DNA from: Candidatus Zixiibacteriota bacterium
GTDB lineage: Bacteria; RBG-13-66-14; B26-G2; WVWN01
Length of the DNA: 64,000 bases
Direction: 5' to 3'
Assembly: GCA_050117845.1 (NCBI GenBank)
Contig: JASFLY010000013.1
Span: 1-64,000 of the forward strand
Positions 9,338-18,394 of this stretch are shown one piece after another. The translations under genes were made by a program, and so were the position numbers. The notes beneath the pieces were generated by a model that saw only the letters and a list, made by a program, of their open reading frames with translations, had not been told where the DNA came from and ran no database searches. Each line of letters starts with the position of its first letter. The stretch's first letter is position 1.

Positions 9338-9870
9338 AAGAGGAAGGCGGGAAGCCCGACCTTCCCCTCAAGAACGTCGTCGAGGCGGTCCTCTTCGTCA
9401 CGCCCGACCCGTTGCCCCTGAAGAAGCTGGGCGCCATCGTGGGCGCTTCGGCCGACGAGCTCAAGGCCGTCATCGCCGAACTCCGGGAGGAGTACGAGGG
9501 GCGCGGCGTGGAACTCGCGTACGTCGCCGGCGGCTACCGCTTCTTTTCCCGGCCGGAATACGCGCCCTGGGCCAAACAGGTCCTGCCGCTCGAGAAGGCG
9601 CCCCGCCTGAGCCGGGCGGCCCTCGAGACGCTGGCCATAATCGCGTACCGCCAGCCCATAACCCGCGTTGCCATCGACGAGATCCGGGGGGTCAACAGCG
9701 ACGGCGTCGTTAAGACCCTCCTCGAGCGCAAGCTGATAATCACGGACGGCCGGGAGGACGTGCCGGGGCGCCCCTTCAAATACCGCACCACCAAGCAGTT
9801 CCTCTATTACTTCGGCCTGACCGGCCTGAACGACCTCCCACCCCTGGAAGAATTCGATTCGGAGACGTAA
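9307..9870 (+). CDS. scpB: SMC-Scp complex subunit ScpB
   Basis: EAVLF, LSRAALETLAIIAYRQPITR, IRGVNS, GRP...TTKQFL. Confidence 0.95.
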   Translation: MDIPDSNAGVKEEGGKPDLPLKNVVEAVLFVTPDPLPLKKLGAIVGASADELKAVIAELREEYEGRGVELAYVAGGYRFFSRPEYAPWAKQVLPLEKAPRLSRAALETLAIIAYRQPITRVAIDEIRGVNSDGVVKTLLERKLIITDGREDVPGRPFKYRTTKQFLYYFGLTGLNDLPPLEEFDSET

Positions 9871-9876
9871 ACTCTG

Positions 9877-10599
9877 ATGGAGAAGCGTCGCGGCATCCGC
9901 ATCAACCGCTATCTCGCGATGTGCGGTTTCGGCGCTCGGCGCGCCGTGGAGCGGCTCGTGGCCGAGGGCCGCGTTCGCGTCGACGGCGAGGTGGTGACGG
10001 ACCTCGCTTTCCGCGTGGAGGCCGGGGCCAAGGTAACGGTCAACGGCGCCGTCGCCCGGGCGCGGCGCAAGTTCCGCTACGTCGCGTACTACAAGCGGCG
10101 CGGCGTCCTGACGACGGCCCGCGACCCCTTCCGCCGCCGGATAATAAAGCACGAACTGCCGCGGCACCTGCGCAGCCTTAAACCCGTGGGCCGGCTCGAC
10201 GCCGACACCGAGGGCCTGATACTTTTAACGGACGATGGCGCGTTCGCGCATCGCGTCGCCCACCCCTCCTTCGGCGTTCTCAAGCGCTACGTCGTCGAGG
10301 TGCGGGGGTGCGTTACCCGCAAGGGCGTCCGCGAACTCGAGCGCGGTATAAAGCTCCGCGACGGCCACATAGGCCGGGTCAACGTCGAGACGGTGGAGGC
10401 CGAGGCGGAGTCGTCCGTCGTGACCCTCAACGTCGAGTACGGCCGGAAGCGCATGTTGCGGCAGATGTTCGCCGCCCTGCGCCACAGGGTAACGCGCCTC
10501 TGCCGGGTTAACGTCGGGCCGGTGGCGCTCGGCGAACTCGCCCCCGGCGAATGGCGCGACCTTACGGCCGAGGAGGTAAAGATACTCCGTGGGCAGTAG
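9877..10599 (+). CDS. rluB: rRNA pseudouridine synthase (RsuA/RluB family)
   Basis: N-terminal S4 domain, GRLDADTEGLILLTDDG; follows scpB. Confidence 0.85.
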   Translation: MEKRRGIRINRYLAMCGFGARRAVERLVAEGRVRVDGEVVTDLAFRVEAGAKVTVNGAVARARRKFRYVAYYKRRGVLTTARDPFRRRIIKHELPRHLRSLKPVGRLDADTEGLILLTDDGAFAHRVAHPSFGVLKRYVVEVRGCVTRKGVRELERGIKLRDGHIGRVNVETVEAEAESSVVTLNVEYGRKRMLRQMFAALRHRVTRLCRVNVGPVALGELAPGEWRDLTAEEVKILRGQ

Positions 10600-11290
10600 C
10601 GAAACGGGCGTTCCGGTAGTCGTGGCGTTGGACGGCCCGGCGGCCTCGGGGAAGAGCACCGTCGGCCTCGCCGTCGCGCGGCGGCTGGGCTTCGCCTTCG
10701 TCGAGACCGGCAAGCTCTACCGCGCGCTGGCGTGGAAGGCCCGGGCGGAGGAACTGCCCTTTACGGACGGGCCGGCGCTGGCGGCGGCCTTCGACCGAAC
10801 GGAAGTAGAGTACCGGCTGGATCAGGATGGCCCCAAGATACTCGTCGACGGCCGAGACGTTACGGCCGAGCTGTCCTCGGCCGAGGTGGCGGAGGGGGCG
10901 TCCGCCATATCGGCGCTCGCCGAGGTGCGCGAGGTCCTTCTGCCGCTCCAGCGGCGTTTGGCCCGGCCGCCGGGCGTCGTGGTCGAAGGCCGGGACATCG
11001 GGACCGTCGTCTTCCCGGACGCGCCCTACAAATTTTACCTGGACGCTTCTTTGGAGGAGCGGGCGCGGCGGCGGGCCCGGGACTTCGCCGCCGCCGGCAA
11101 GCCGGTGGACGTGGCCGAGGTGGAGCGCGACCTGGCCGCCCGGGACGCCCGGGACCGGGGCCGGGCGGCGGCGCCGCTGCGCCGCGCCGAGGACGCCGTC
11201 CTCGTCGACACCACGTCCCGGACGTTCGACGAGGTAGTAGACTTCATAACGGCCGCCGTACAAGCGGGGGAGGGGCGAACCGCCGCGTAA
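10589..11290 (+). CDS. cmk: Cytidylate kinase
   Basis: ALDGPAASGKST, EGRDIGTVVFPDA, RDARD. Confidence 0.95.
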   Translation: MGSSETGVPVVVALDGPAASGKSTVGLAVARRLGFAFVETGKLYRALAWKARAEELPFTDGPALAAAFDRTEVEYRLDQDGPKILVDGRDVTAELSSAEVAEGASAISALAEVREVLLPLQRRLARPPGVVVEGRDIGTVVFPDAPYKFYLDASLEERARRRARDFAAAGKPVDVAEVERDLAARDARDRGRAAAPLRRAEDAVLVDTTSRTFDEVVDFITAAVQAGEGRTAA

Positions 11291-11976
11291 TGCCGATCTA
11301 TATGGGACATATCCTCCGGGCGATAATGTGGCGGACTGCCCATTTCTTCATCGCCTGGCCGCTCGGCAAAATCGTCTTCGACTTCGACGTGCGCGGCGTC
11401 GAGAACGTCCCCCTGCGGGGGGGCGTGCTGGCGGCGGCCAACCACGCGTCGTACCTGGACCCGCCGCTCTTGGGCAACGCCACGCCCCGCGTGATGTACT
11501 ACATGGCCCGGGCGGACCTCTTCCGCGGGAAGCTGGCCGGCCCCTTCATCCGCCTGTGGGGCGCGTTCCCGATAGGCCGGGAGAAGTGGTCGGCCGGAGG
11601 GCTCAAGGAGGCCCGCCGGAAATTGAACGAGGGCAAACTCGTGATGTACTTCCCGGAGGGGACGCGCTCGTACGACGGCGACCTGCGCAAGCCGATGGTC
11701 GGCGCGGGCCTTCTGGCCTACATGGCCGACGCGCCGGTCGTCCCGGCCTACATCGACGGCTCCTTCGAGTCGTTCCCCCGGGGCGCCAGGTTCCCCCGGC
11801 GGGCCAAAATAACGGTAAGCTTCGGCCCCCCGGTCGAAATGTCCCGATATCGCAGTCAACCCGGCTCCAAGGAACTGTACCGCGAAATAGCCGAAGATAT
11901 TATGGCGCGGGTGGCGGCGTTGCGGGACGAGCTGCACCCGCCGGCGGCCGGGAACGGGGGCGACGGGAAAGCATGA
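11290..11976 (+). CDS. plsC: 1-acyl-sn-glycerol-3-phosphate acyltransferase
   Basis: NHASYLDP and FPEGTRS motifs; start overlaps the cmk stop (TAATG). Confidence 0.9.
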   Translation: MPIYMGHILRAIMWRTAHFFIAWPLGKIVFDFDVRGVENVPLRGGVLAAANHASYLDPPLLGNATPRVMYYMARADLFRGKLAGPFIRLWGAFPIGREKWSAGGLKEARRKLNEGKLVMYFPEGTRSYDGDLRKPMVGAGLLAYMADAPVVPAYIDGSFESFPRGARFPRRAKITVSFGPPVEMSRYRSQPGSKELYREIAEDIMARVAALRDELHPPAAGNGGDGKA

Positions 11977-12842
11977 AGGTAATAGTGGCCTCGGACGCCG
12001 GATTCTGTTTCGGCGTGAAGCGGGCGACCAAGGCCGCGTTCGGCGCGGCCCGCCGGGCCGAGGGGCCCGTCTATACGCTGGGCGAACTCATCCACAACCC
12101 CCAGGTCGTGACGCGGCTGGAGGAGATGGGCGTCCGCGTGGCTCGGAGCCCGGAAGAGGTGGGCTCCGATACCGTAATCATTCGTTCCCACGGCCTGCCG
12201 CCCGAGACCGTCCGGGCCCTCCGCGAGCAGGGCGCCGAGATAATCGACCTCACCTGTCCCACCGTCAAGGCGGTGCAGCAGCGCGCCGCGGCGCTGGGCC
12301 GCGAGGGATACCTGGTCGTGATAATCGGCGACCGCGACCACCCGGAAGTCCAGGCCATCGCCGGCTACGCGGGGCCCGAGGTCGTCATCGTGAATTCGGA
12401 GGCCGAGGCCGAGGCTCTTCCGCAGGCCGAGAAGATCGGCGTCGTCATGCAGACGACCCACGCCGCCGATACCTGCCACCGCATCACGAGCGTCCTTCTG
12501 GGTCGGGCGCACGAGATTCGCGTGTTCAATACGCTGTGCGACGCGACCGCCAAGCGCCAGCGGGCCGCCCTCGACCTCGCCGGCGAGGTCGACGTCATGG
12601 TGGTGGTGGGGGGGCGCAACAGCGCCAACACCGGCCGGCTGGCCGAAATCTGCCGCGCCGCCGGGGCGACGACCTACCACGTGGAGACGGCCGAGGAGTT
12701 GCGGGACGGGTGGTTCGAAGGGGCGGAGGCCGTCGGCGTAACCGCGGGGACCTCCACCGCCGACTGGATTATCGAGGAAGTCGTGGCCCGTCTGGGGGCC
12801 GGAGGCGCCGGGGGCGACGACGCGAAACCTCTTGTATTATAA
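11973..12842 (+). CDS. ispH: 4-hydroxy-3-methylbut-2-enyl diphosphate reductase
   Basis: AGFCFGVKRA, IHNPQV, DLTCP, HPEV, NTLCDAT, GGRNSANT. Confidence 0.95.
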   Translation: MKVIVASDAGFCFGVKRATKAAFGAARRAEGPVYTLGELIHNPQVVTRLEEMGVRVARSPEEVGSDTVIIRSHGLPPETVRALREQGAEIIDLTCPTVKAVQQRAAALGREGYLVVIIGDRDHPEVQAIAGYAGPEVVIVNSEAEAEALPQAEKIGVVMQTTHAADTCHRITSVLLGRAHEIRVFNTLCDATAKRQRAALDLAGEVDVMVVVGGRNSANTGRLAEICRAAGATTYHVETAEELRDGWFEGAEAVGVTAGTSTADWIIEEVVARLGAGGAGGDDAKPLVL

Positions 12843-12886
12843 TTGCCTTGCGTCGCGCGCCTTAAGTTTGTTAATATCGTGGCCCG

Positions 12887-13195
12887 ATGGGGAAGAAGTT
12901 CTGGGTCGCGCTTTCTTACGTCGGGTTCCTGGGTCTGTTCGTCCACCTCTTCGGCGGGGGCGAGTTGGCCCGCTGGGGCCGTAACGGCTTTATAGCTTTT
13001 ATTTGGGAACTTATCGCGTTCCTGGTGCTCGACGTGATCCGCGTTAAATTCGGCTGGTCGCTTTACGTATTCATACCGGCGCTGGCCGTTACGTCGGTCG
13101 TAAAAACGGTATTGATGATTAAGGCCGTGCGAAGCGCGGGCCGAGCGGGCGATAAGGAAGTTATAATCCATAAATCGGAGGTAACTTATGACTAA
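12887..13195 (+). CDS. Small membrane protein, divergent DUF4870-like
   Basis: ALSYVGFLGL followed by three hydrophobic segments; overlaps the next gene. Confidence 0.55.
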   Translation: MGKKFWVALSYVGFLGLFVHLFGGGELARWGRNGFIAFIWELIAFLVLDVIRVKFGWSLYVFIPALAVTSVVKTVLMIKAVRSAGRAGDKEVIIHKSEVTYD

Positions 13196-13562
13196 CGGGG
13201 AAGAGAAGGCGACGTTGCCGCCGGAGATAGAAGAGGGGAAAACCATGGCGGCGATAGGATACATCAGTATCCTGTTCCTTATCCCCCTACTCGCAAAGAA
13301 AGAAAACAAGTTCTGCCAGTTCCACGGAAAACAGGGCGCGGTCTTGTTCGGCGTCGAGGTGATCGGGGCCGTCGTACTGGCAATCCTGAGCGCCATACTG
13401 GGGTTAGTGCCGTGCGCGGGGTGGGCCATAAGCCTCGTACTATGGTTGGCCTTCTGCGTGTGCGCGTTGGGCCTTTCCATCTGGGGCTTCATCCAGGCGC
13501 TCAAGGGCGAGTACTGGGATATGCCGGTCATCGCGCCGCTGGCCCAAAAATTGAATTTCTAG
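13188..13562 (+). CDS. DUF4870 / Tic20-like membrane protein
   Basis: GKTMAAIGYISILFLIPLL...FCQFHGKQG...ALKGEYWDMPVI. Confidence 0.8.
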   Translation: MTNGEEKATLPPEIEEGKTMAAIGYISILFLIPLLAKKENKFCQFHGKQGAVLFGVEVIGAVVLAILSAILGLVPCAGWAISLVLWLAFCVCALGLSIWGFIQALKGEYWDMPVIAPLAQKLNF

Positions 13563-13625
13563 TCGGCCCCGGTGCTGTACCGGGTCCGGCCCGTTAAGTT
13601 CTCATCTATACGGAGGTAATACACC

Positions 13626-13940
13626 ATGGCGGAAACATCCGCACCGACGTTCACGCAGGAAGAGATCGACGATGGTAAAACCTTCGCCGGTATCGGTTAC
13701 ATTGGCATCCTTTTCCTTTTACCGCTCCTGGCCAAGCCGGACAATAAATTCTGCCGGGCCCACGCCAAACAAGGGCTCGTATTGTGTATCGCTTTCATCC
13801 CGATGGTTATCCCGTTCATCGGCTGGCTGTGGGGCATTTTCGTTTTAATATGCGCGATAATGGGCCTCGTCGCGGCGTTCCAGGGTAAGTACCAGAAACT
13901 CCCGCTCTTCGGGAGCATCGCCGAAAAACTGACGTTCTAA
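13626..13940 (+). CDS. DUF4870 / Tic20-like membrane protein
   Basis: GIGYIGILFLLPLL...FCRAHAKQG...AFQGKYQKLPLFG. Confidence 0.8.
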   Translation: MAETSAPTFTQEEIDDGKTFAGIGYIGILFLLPLLAKPDNKFCRAHAKQGLVLCIAFIPMVIPFIGWLWGIFVLICAIMGLVAAFQGKYQKLPLFGSIAEKLTF

Positions 13941-14296
13941 TGACCGACGGTCCCGAGACGGACGTTCCGACGAACGACCCGGAGTTCACCCCCGAAGAGG
14001 TGGAAGAAGGCAAGGTCCTCGCCGCCATTTCCTATATCTACGTCCTGTTCTTCATCCCGCTCGTCGTGCAGCCCCATAACCGCTTTTGCAAGGCTCACGC
14101 GAAGCAGGGCCTGGTACTCTTCATCGCGGCCATGCTGAGTTATACCTTCTCGATATTCATCATGCCGCCCTTCGGCGGGACCCTGTTGTTCTTCTTTATC
14201 ATCGTCCTCCAGATAGTAGCCCTCGTGAAAGCCCTCATGGGCGAATTCTGGAAGATACCGGGCGTTTGGGACCTCGCGTCGCGGATCAACCTGTAA
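13940..14296 (+). CDS. DUF4870 / Tic20-like membrane protein
   Basis: AAISYIYVLFFIPL...FCKAHAKQG...ALMGEFWKIPGV. Confidence 0.8.
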   Translation: MTDGPETDVPTNDPEFTPEEVEEGKVLAAISYIYVLFFIPLVVQPHNRFCKAHAKQGLVLFIAAMLSYTFSIFIMPPFGGTLLFFFIIVLQIVALVKALMGEFWKIPGVWDLASRINL

Positions 14297-14400
14297 CGCG
14301 TTAACAAGTTGGGAATAAGACGCCGGCCTTCGGGCCGGCGTTTTTACACTCCGGTTGCGGGTAACCGGGGAATATGATAGTATGCAACACTATAAGCGCC

Positions 14401-15447
14401 GTGGATAAAAGACCCGTTGACCTGCGTAGCGATACCGTCACCCGGCCCAGCGCCGGGATGCGGGAGGCCATGGCGGCGGCGGAAGTCGGGGACGACGTCT
14501 ACTACGAGGACCCGACCGTCAATCGCCTGCAGGAAGTGGTGGCGGCCCTCCTGGGCAAGGAGGCCGGCCTCTTCATGCCCTCGGGCACGATGTCCAACCA
14601 GGTCGCCGTCCGGACGGCCTGCCGGGGGCGCGAGGCCATCTGCGAGGCCGACGCGCATATCTTCCACTACGAGATGGCGGCCGCCGCGGCGTGTTCCGGG
14701 ATTCAACTTTACCCGGTGCCCGGGAAACGGGGCGTACTGACCTGGCCCGACGTGGAGCCGGCGATCCGGCCCGTCGCCGATTATTTCCCCGGGACCGGCC
14801 TTATCTGCGTCGAGAATACGCACAACCGCGCCGGCGGCGCGCTGTTCCCGCTGGAGGTAATGGCGGAGCTGGGAAGGGAGGCGCGGAGCCGCGGCATCCC
14901 CGTCCATCTGGACGGGGCGCGTTTGTGGAACGCCACGGTCGCGACGGGCATTTCCCTCGCCGATTACGCCGACTGCGCCGACAGCGTTTCGGTCTGCTTC
15001 TCCAAGGGCCTCGGCGCGCCGGTCGGCTCCTGCCTCTGCGGGACCAAGGATTTCGTCGCGGCGGCGGTGGCCTCGCGGCGCACCTTCGGCGGGGCGATGC
15101 GGCAGGCCGGCGTCATTGCGGCCGGGGCGTTGTACGCCGTCGAAAATAACGTGAAGCGACTCGCCGAAGATCACCGCCGGGCGGCGGCGCTGGCCGCCGG
15201 CCTGAACGACATGCGGGACCTGGTGGTCGAGCCGCCGGACACCAACATCGTGATGGTGGACATCGAGGACCCGTGCATCGACGCCGCCGGGTTGGTTCGG
15301 GAACTCGAGGCCGAGGGCGTACTCACCCACGACATGGGCCCCCGGCGCGTTCGCGCCGTGACGCACATGGGGTTGGAAGACGACGACGTTCCCCGGGCGA
15401 TAGCGGCCTTCGAGGCCGCGGCGGCCCGCCTCCGGGTGGGCCTCTAA
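14401..15447 (+). CDS. ltaE: Low-specificity L-threonine aldolase
   Basis: DLRSDTVTRP, EDPTV, SGTMSNQ, ENTHN, HLDGARLWNA, CFSKGLGAPVGS; start uncertain (GTG 14401 or ATG 14374). Confidence 0.92.
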   Translation: MDKRPVDLRSDTVTRPSAGMREAMAAAEVGDDVYYEDPTVNRLQEVVAALLGKEAGLFMPSGTMSNQVAVRTACRGREAICEADAHIFHYEMAAAAACSGIQLYPVPGKRGVLTWPDVEPAIRPVADYFPGTGLICVENTHNRAGGALFPLEVMAELGREARSRGIPVHLDGARLWNATVATGISLADYADCADSVSVCFSKGLGAPVGSCLCGTKDFVAAAVASRRTFGGAMRQAGVIAAGALYAVENNVKRLAEDHRRAAALAAGLNDMRDLVVEPPDTNIVMVDIEDPCIDAAGLVRELEAEGVLTHDMGPRRVRAVTHMGLEDDDVPRAIAAFEAAAARLRVGL

Positions 15448-15451
15448 CGCG

Positions 15452-16588
15452 ATGAAATTGTACCTCGCCGCCGGGGAGGAGTCGGGAGACCTGCACGGGA
15501 GCTACCTCGCGCGGGCGCTCAAGGCGGTTTCGCCGGACGCAGCGCTGGCGGGGATGGCGGGCCCGCGGATGAGGGAGGCCGGCGTCGAGGCGCTGGTGCG
15601 GAGCGAAAGCCACGGCCTGGTCGGCCTGGTGGAACTCTTCGGCCGACTGGGGCAACTGAGCGGCGACCTTGGCACCCTCGGCCGGGCGATGGCCGAGGAC
15701 GGCGACGCCCTGGTGGCCATCGACTACGGCGGCTTCAACGCCCGCGTGGTCGCCCGGGCGAAACGGGCCGGCCTGAAGACGTTCTACTATATACCGCCCA
15801 AGCTGTGGGCGTGGGGTAAGCACCGGGGGAAAGGGCTCGCCCGCGACCTCGACCTCGTACTGGCGGTGTTCCCGTTCGAGGTCGACTTCTGGCGGCGCAT
15901 CGGCGCGGAGGTCGTTTTCGTCGGCCATCCGCTCATGGATATCACCCGGCCTTCCGGCCGGGATTTGCGGTCGGCCTGGGGCATGGGCCCCGGCGAGAAA
16001 CTCCTCCTCGTATTGCCGGGGAGCCGCCGGCAGGAGATAGCGAAGCTCTGGCCCCCGATGGCGGAGGCGTTGAAACTCGTCCTCGCGGGCCGCGACGACG
16101 TCCGGGTCGTGGTGGCCCCGGCGCCCTCGCTCGGGCCGGGGATACTGGAGGAGTTCGCCCCTCTCCCCGACGGCGTGACGGCGACGACGGAGCCGGCGGT
16201 GGACGTCATGGCCGCGGCGGACGCGGCGATTACGGCGTCCGGGACGGCGACGCTCGAACTCGCGATAATGGGCGTACCCGCCGTTATCGTGTATAAGGTT
16301 AACCGTATAACCTGGGAAGTCGGGCGGCGGCTCGTGTACGTGGACCATTTGGGTTTGCCCAACATCATCGCGGGCCGGGAGGTCGTCCCTGAGTTATTGC
16401 AGGATGACGCCCGGCCGGACGCCATCGCCCGGGAGGCGACGCGGGCGTTGGACGACGAGGCGTTCCGCCGCCGCGTCAGCGAAGATTACGCCGAAATCAG
16501 GGAATCACTCCGGCCGCCGGCGGCCGCGGACAACGCCGCCGGGGCCCCGGGATACGCGGCCCGGTTAATCGTCGAGGCCCTCGCTTAA
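15452..16588 (+). CDS. lpxB: Lipid-A-disaccharide synthase
   Basis: AGEESGDLHG, YYIPPKLWAW, FVGHPL, LPGSR, SGTATLE, LPNII. Confidence 0.95.
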   Translation: MKLYLAAGEESGDLHGSYLARALKAVSPDAALAGMAGPRMREAGVEALVRSESHGLVGLVELFGRLGQLSGDLGTLGRAMAEDGDALVAIDYGGFNARVVARAKRAGLKTFYYIPPKLWAWGKHRGKGLARDLDLVLAVFPFEVDFWRRIGAEVVFVGHPLMDITRPSGRDLRSAWGMGPGEKLLLVLPGSRRQEIAKLWPPMAEALKLVLAGRDDVRVVVAPAPSLGPGILEEFAPLPDGVTATTEPAVDVMAAADAAITASGTATLELAIMGVPAVIVYKVNRITWEVGRRLVYVDHLGLPNIIAGREVVPELLQDDARPDAIAREATRALDDEAFRRRVSEDYAEIRESLRPPAAADNAAGAPGYAARLIVEALA

Positions 16589-18394
16589 ATGAACGAAGCT
16601 CAAACGGTAGAAGGTCCGCCGAACGTGGCGCGCCGGCTCTTTGCATCCGCGGCGCGCTACTGGCATTTCCTGCTGGTCGGCATGGTCGCCTCGGCGGTGG
16701 CGTCCGGCCTCGAGGCCTCGTTGCCGGTCATCATAGGCCAGGTCATCGACGTCCTCGCCGGCAAGAAGGACCAGCTTATCTTCAACCTCCTGCTCATGGG
16801 CTTCGACCGGCCTCGCCTCACGGTCGTCAACTTCCTCCCCATGTGGGTGCTGGCGGTCATACTTATCTCCGGCGCCGCCATCTTCCTCCGTTCCTACATG
16901 ATATCGTACGCCGGCCAGCGGGTCGTCTTCAACATCCGCGAGAAGATTTTCAACCACCTCGTTATGTTGCCGCTGCGCTATTACGACGAACGGCGCTCGG
17001 GCGACGTCGTTTCCCGCGTGACCAACGACGTCAACGTTCTGCAGGACACCGCGAACGCGCTCAAGGATATTACGTCGGCGCTCACGACGCTAGTTATCGT
17101 CCTCACCGTAATGTTTTTCCGGTCGTGGAAGCTGACTTTGATGGTGCTTATCACGTTCCCGGCGTTGGGGGTCATAATCAACTATCTGTCGGGGAAGAGC
17201 CGCAAGGCCGGCAAGCGCTTCCAGGCCGAGATAGGCTCGCTCACGGCGCTGCTGTCCGAAACGCTCCAGAATATAAAACTTATAAAATCCTTCCGGCGCG
17301 AGGACTTCGAGAAGAAGCGGTTCCTGGCGCGCAACTGGGAAACCTTCAAGGCGTGGATGTACGGCGTCAAGGTCGAATCCATCCTGCGGCCGTTGATGGA
17401 GGTCGTGAGCGGCCTCGGCATCGCCGGCTTCTTCTGGGTGGGCTGCCACCTCGTCCTCCACGGGAAGATGACGACGGGGACGCTCCTCGGCTTCACCGGC
17501 CTGGTGGTCATACTGTACCAGCCGGTCAAGGTGCTGGGCCGCGTCACGGCGCTTATCCAGCGGGCCATCGCCGCCGCCGGCCGCGTCTACGAGGTCGAGG
17601 ACGAACCGGAGGAGCGGCGGTTGTGGCGCACCGGCGACCTGACCAAACGCATCGCCGGGGCCGTGCACTTCGACGGCGTGTCCTTCGCGTACGACGAGAA
17701 GAACTACATCCTCCGCGACGTCTCGCTCGACGTGAAGGAGAGCGAGGTTATAGCCATCGTGGGTCCCTCGGGCGCCGGGAAGACGACGCTCGTGAGTCTT
17801 ATACCGCGCTTCTACGACATTACGTCCGGCACTTTGACCATCGACGGCGACAACATCCGCGACTACGACCTCGACGCCCTGCGCGACCAGATAAGCCTGG
17901 TGCCGCAGGAATCCATCCTCTTCGCCGATACCGTATTCAATAATATTCGCTACGGCCGGCTCGACGCGACGCCGGACGAGGTGCGCGAGGCCGCCCGGGC
18001 CGCGAACGCCGACGACTTCATCGAGAAGTTCCCGAACGGCTACGAATCCTATATCGGCGAACGGGGCGTCCAGATCTCCGGCGGCCAGCGGCAGCGGCTC
18101 GCCATCGCCCGGGCCCTCCTCAAGGACCCGCGCATCCTCATCCTCGACGAGGCCACGTCGCACCTCGACTCCGAGTCCGAGGCCCTGATCCGGGAGGCGC
18201 TCGAGCGCGTCATGGTGGGGCGGACGACCTTCATCGTCGCGCACCGCCTCTCCACGGTCCGACGGGCCGACCGCATCGTCGTCCTCGACGGCGGCCGCAT
18301 CGCCGAGGTCGGCCATCATCACGAACTGGTACGGAGCGACGGCGTTTACGCCCGGCTCCTTCACGCGCAACTGGCGAGCGACCGCGAGGAATAA
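16589..18394 (+). CDS. msbA: Lipid A export ABC transporter (MsbA-like)
   Basis: TM domain plus GPSGAGKT, ISGGQRQR, ILILDEATS; lies within the lipid A cluster. Confidence 0.85.
   Translation: MNEAQTVEGPPNVARRLFASAARYWHFLLVGMVASAVASGLEASLPVIIGQVIDVLAGKKDQLIFNLLLMGFDRPRLTVVNFLPMWVLAVILISGAAIFLRSYMISYAGQRVVFNIREKIFNHLVMLPLRYYDERRSGDVVSRVTNDVNVLQDTANALKDITSALTTLVIVLTVMFFRSWKLTLMVLITFPALGVIINYLSGKSRKAGKRFQAEIGSLTALLSETLQNIKLIKSFRREDFEKKRFLARNWETFKAWMYGVKVESILRPLMEVVSGLGIAGFFWVGCHLVLHGKMTTGTLLGFTGLVVILYQPVKVLGRVTALIQRAIAAAGRVYEVEDEPEERRLWRTGDLTKRIAGAVHFDGVSFAYDEKNYILRDVSLDVKESEVIAIVGPSGAGKTTLVSLIPRFYDITSGTLTIDGDNIRDYDLDALRDQISLVPQESILFADTVFNNIRYGRLDATPDEVREAARAANADDFIEKFPNGYESYIGERGVQISGGQRQRLAIARALLKDPRILILDEATSHLDSESEALIREALERVMVGRTTFIVAHRLSTVRRADRIVVLDGGRIAEVGHHHELVRSDGVYARLLHAQLASDREE

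Noticed and set aside
8716..10167. Long antisense or alternate-frame ORFs (also 17090-18370, 30692-32050, 57372-59435 and others)
   Set aside because: Shadow ORFs expected in GC-rich DNA opposite well-supported genes; no recognisable motifs.
10732..12842. Apparent 414-aa plsC and 504-aa ispH N-terminal extensions (also 492-aa gpsA and 366-aa tonB)
   Set aside because: The extensions overlap upstream genes in another frame; true starts are at stop/start junctions or after clear RBSs.
16589..18394. ABC transporter as the exporter for the leader array
   Set aside because: It lacks a C39 peptidase domain, lies 20 kb away and sits inside the lpxB-waaA-lpxK operon, so MsbA is the better call.
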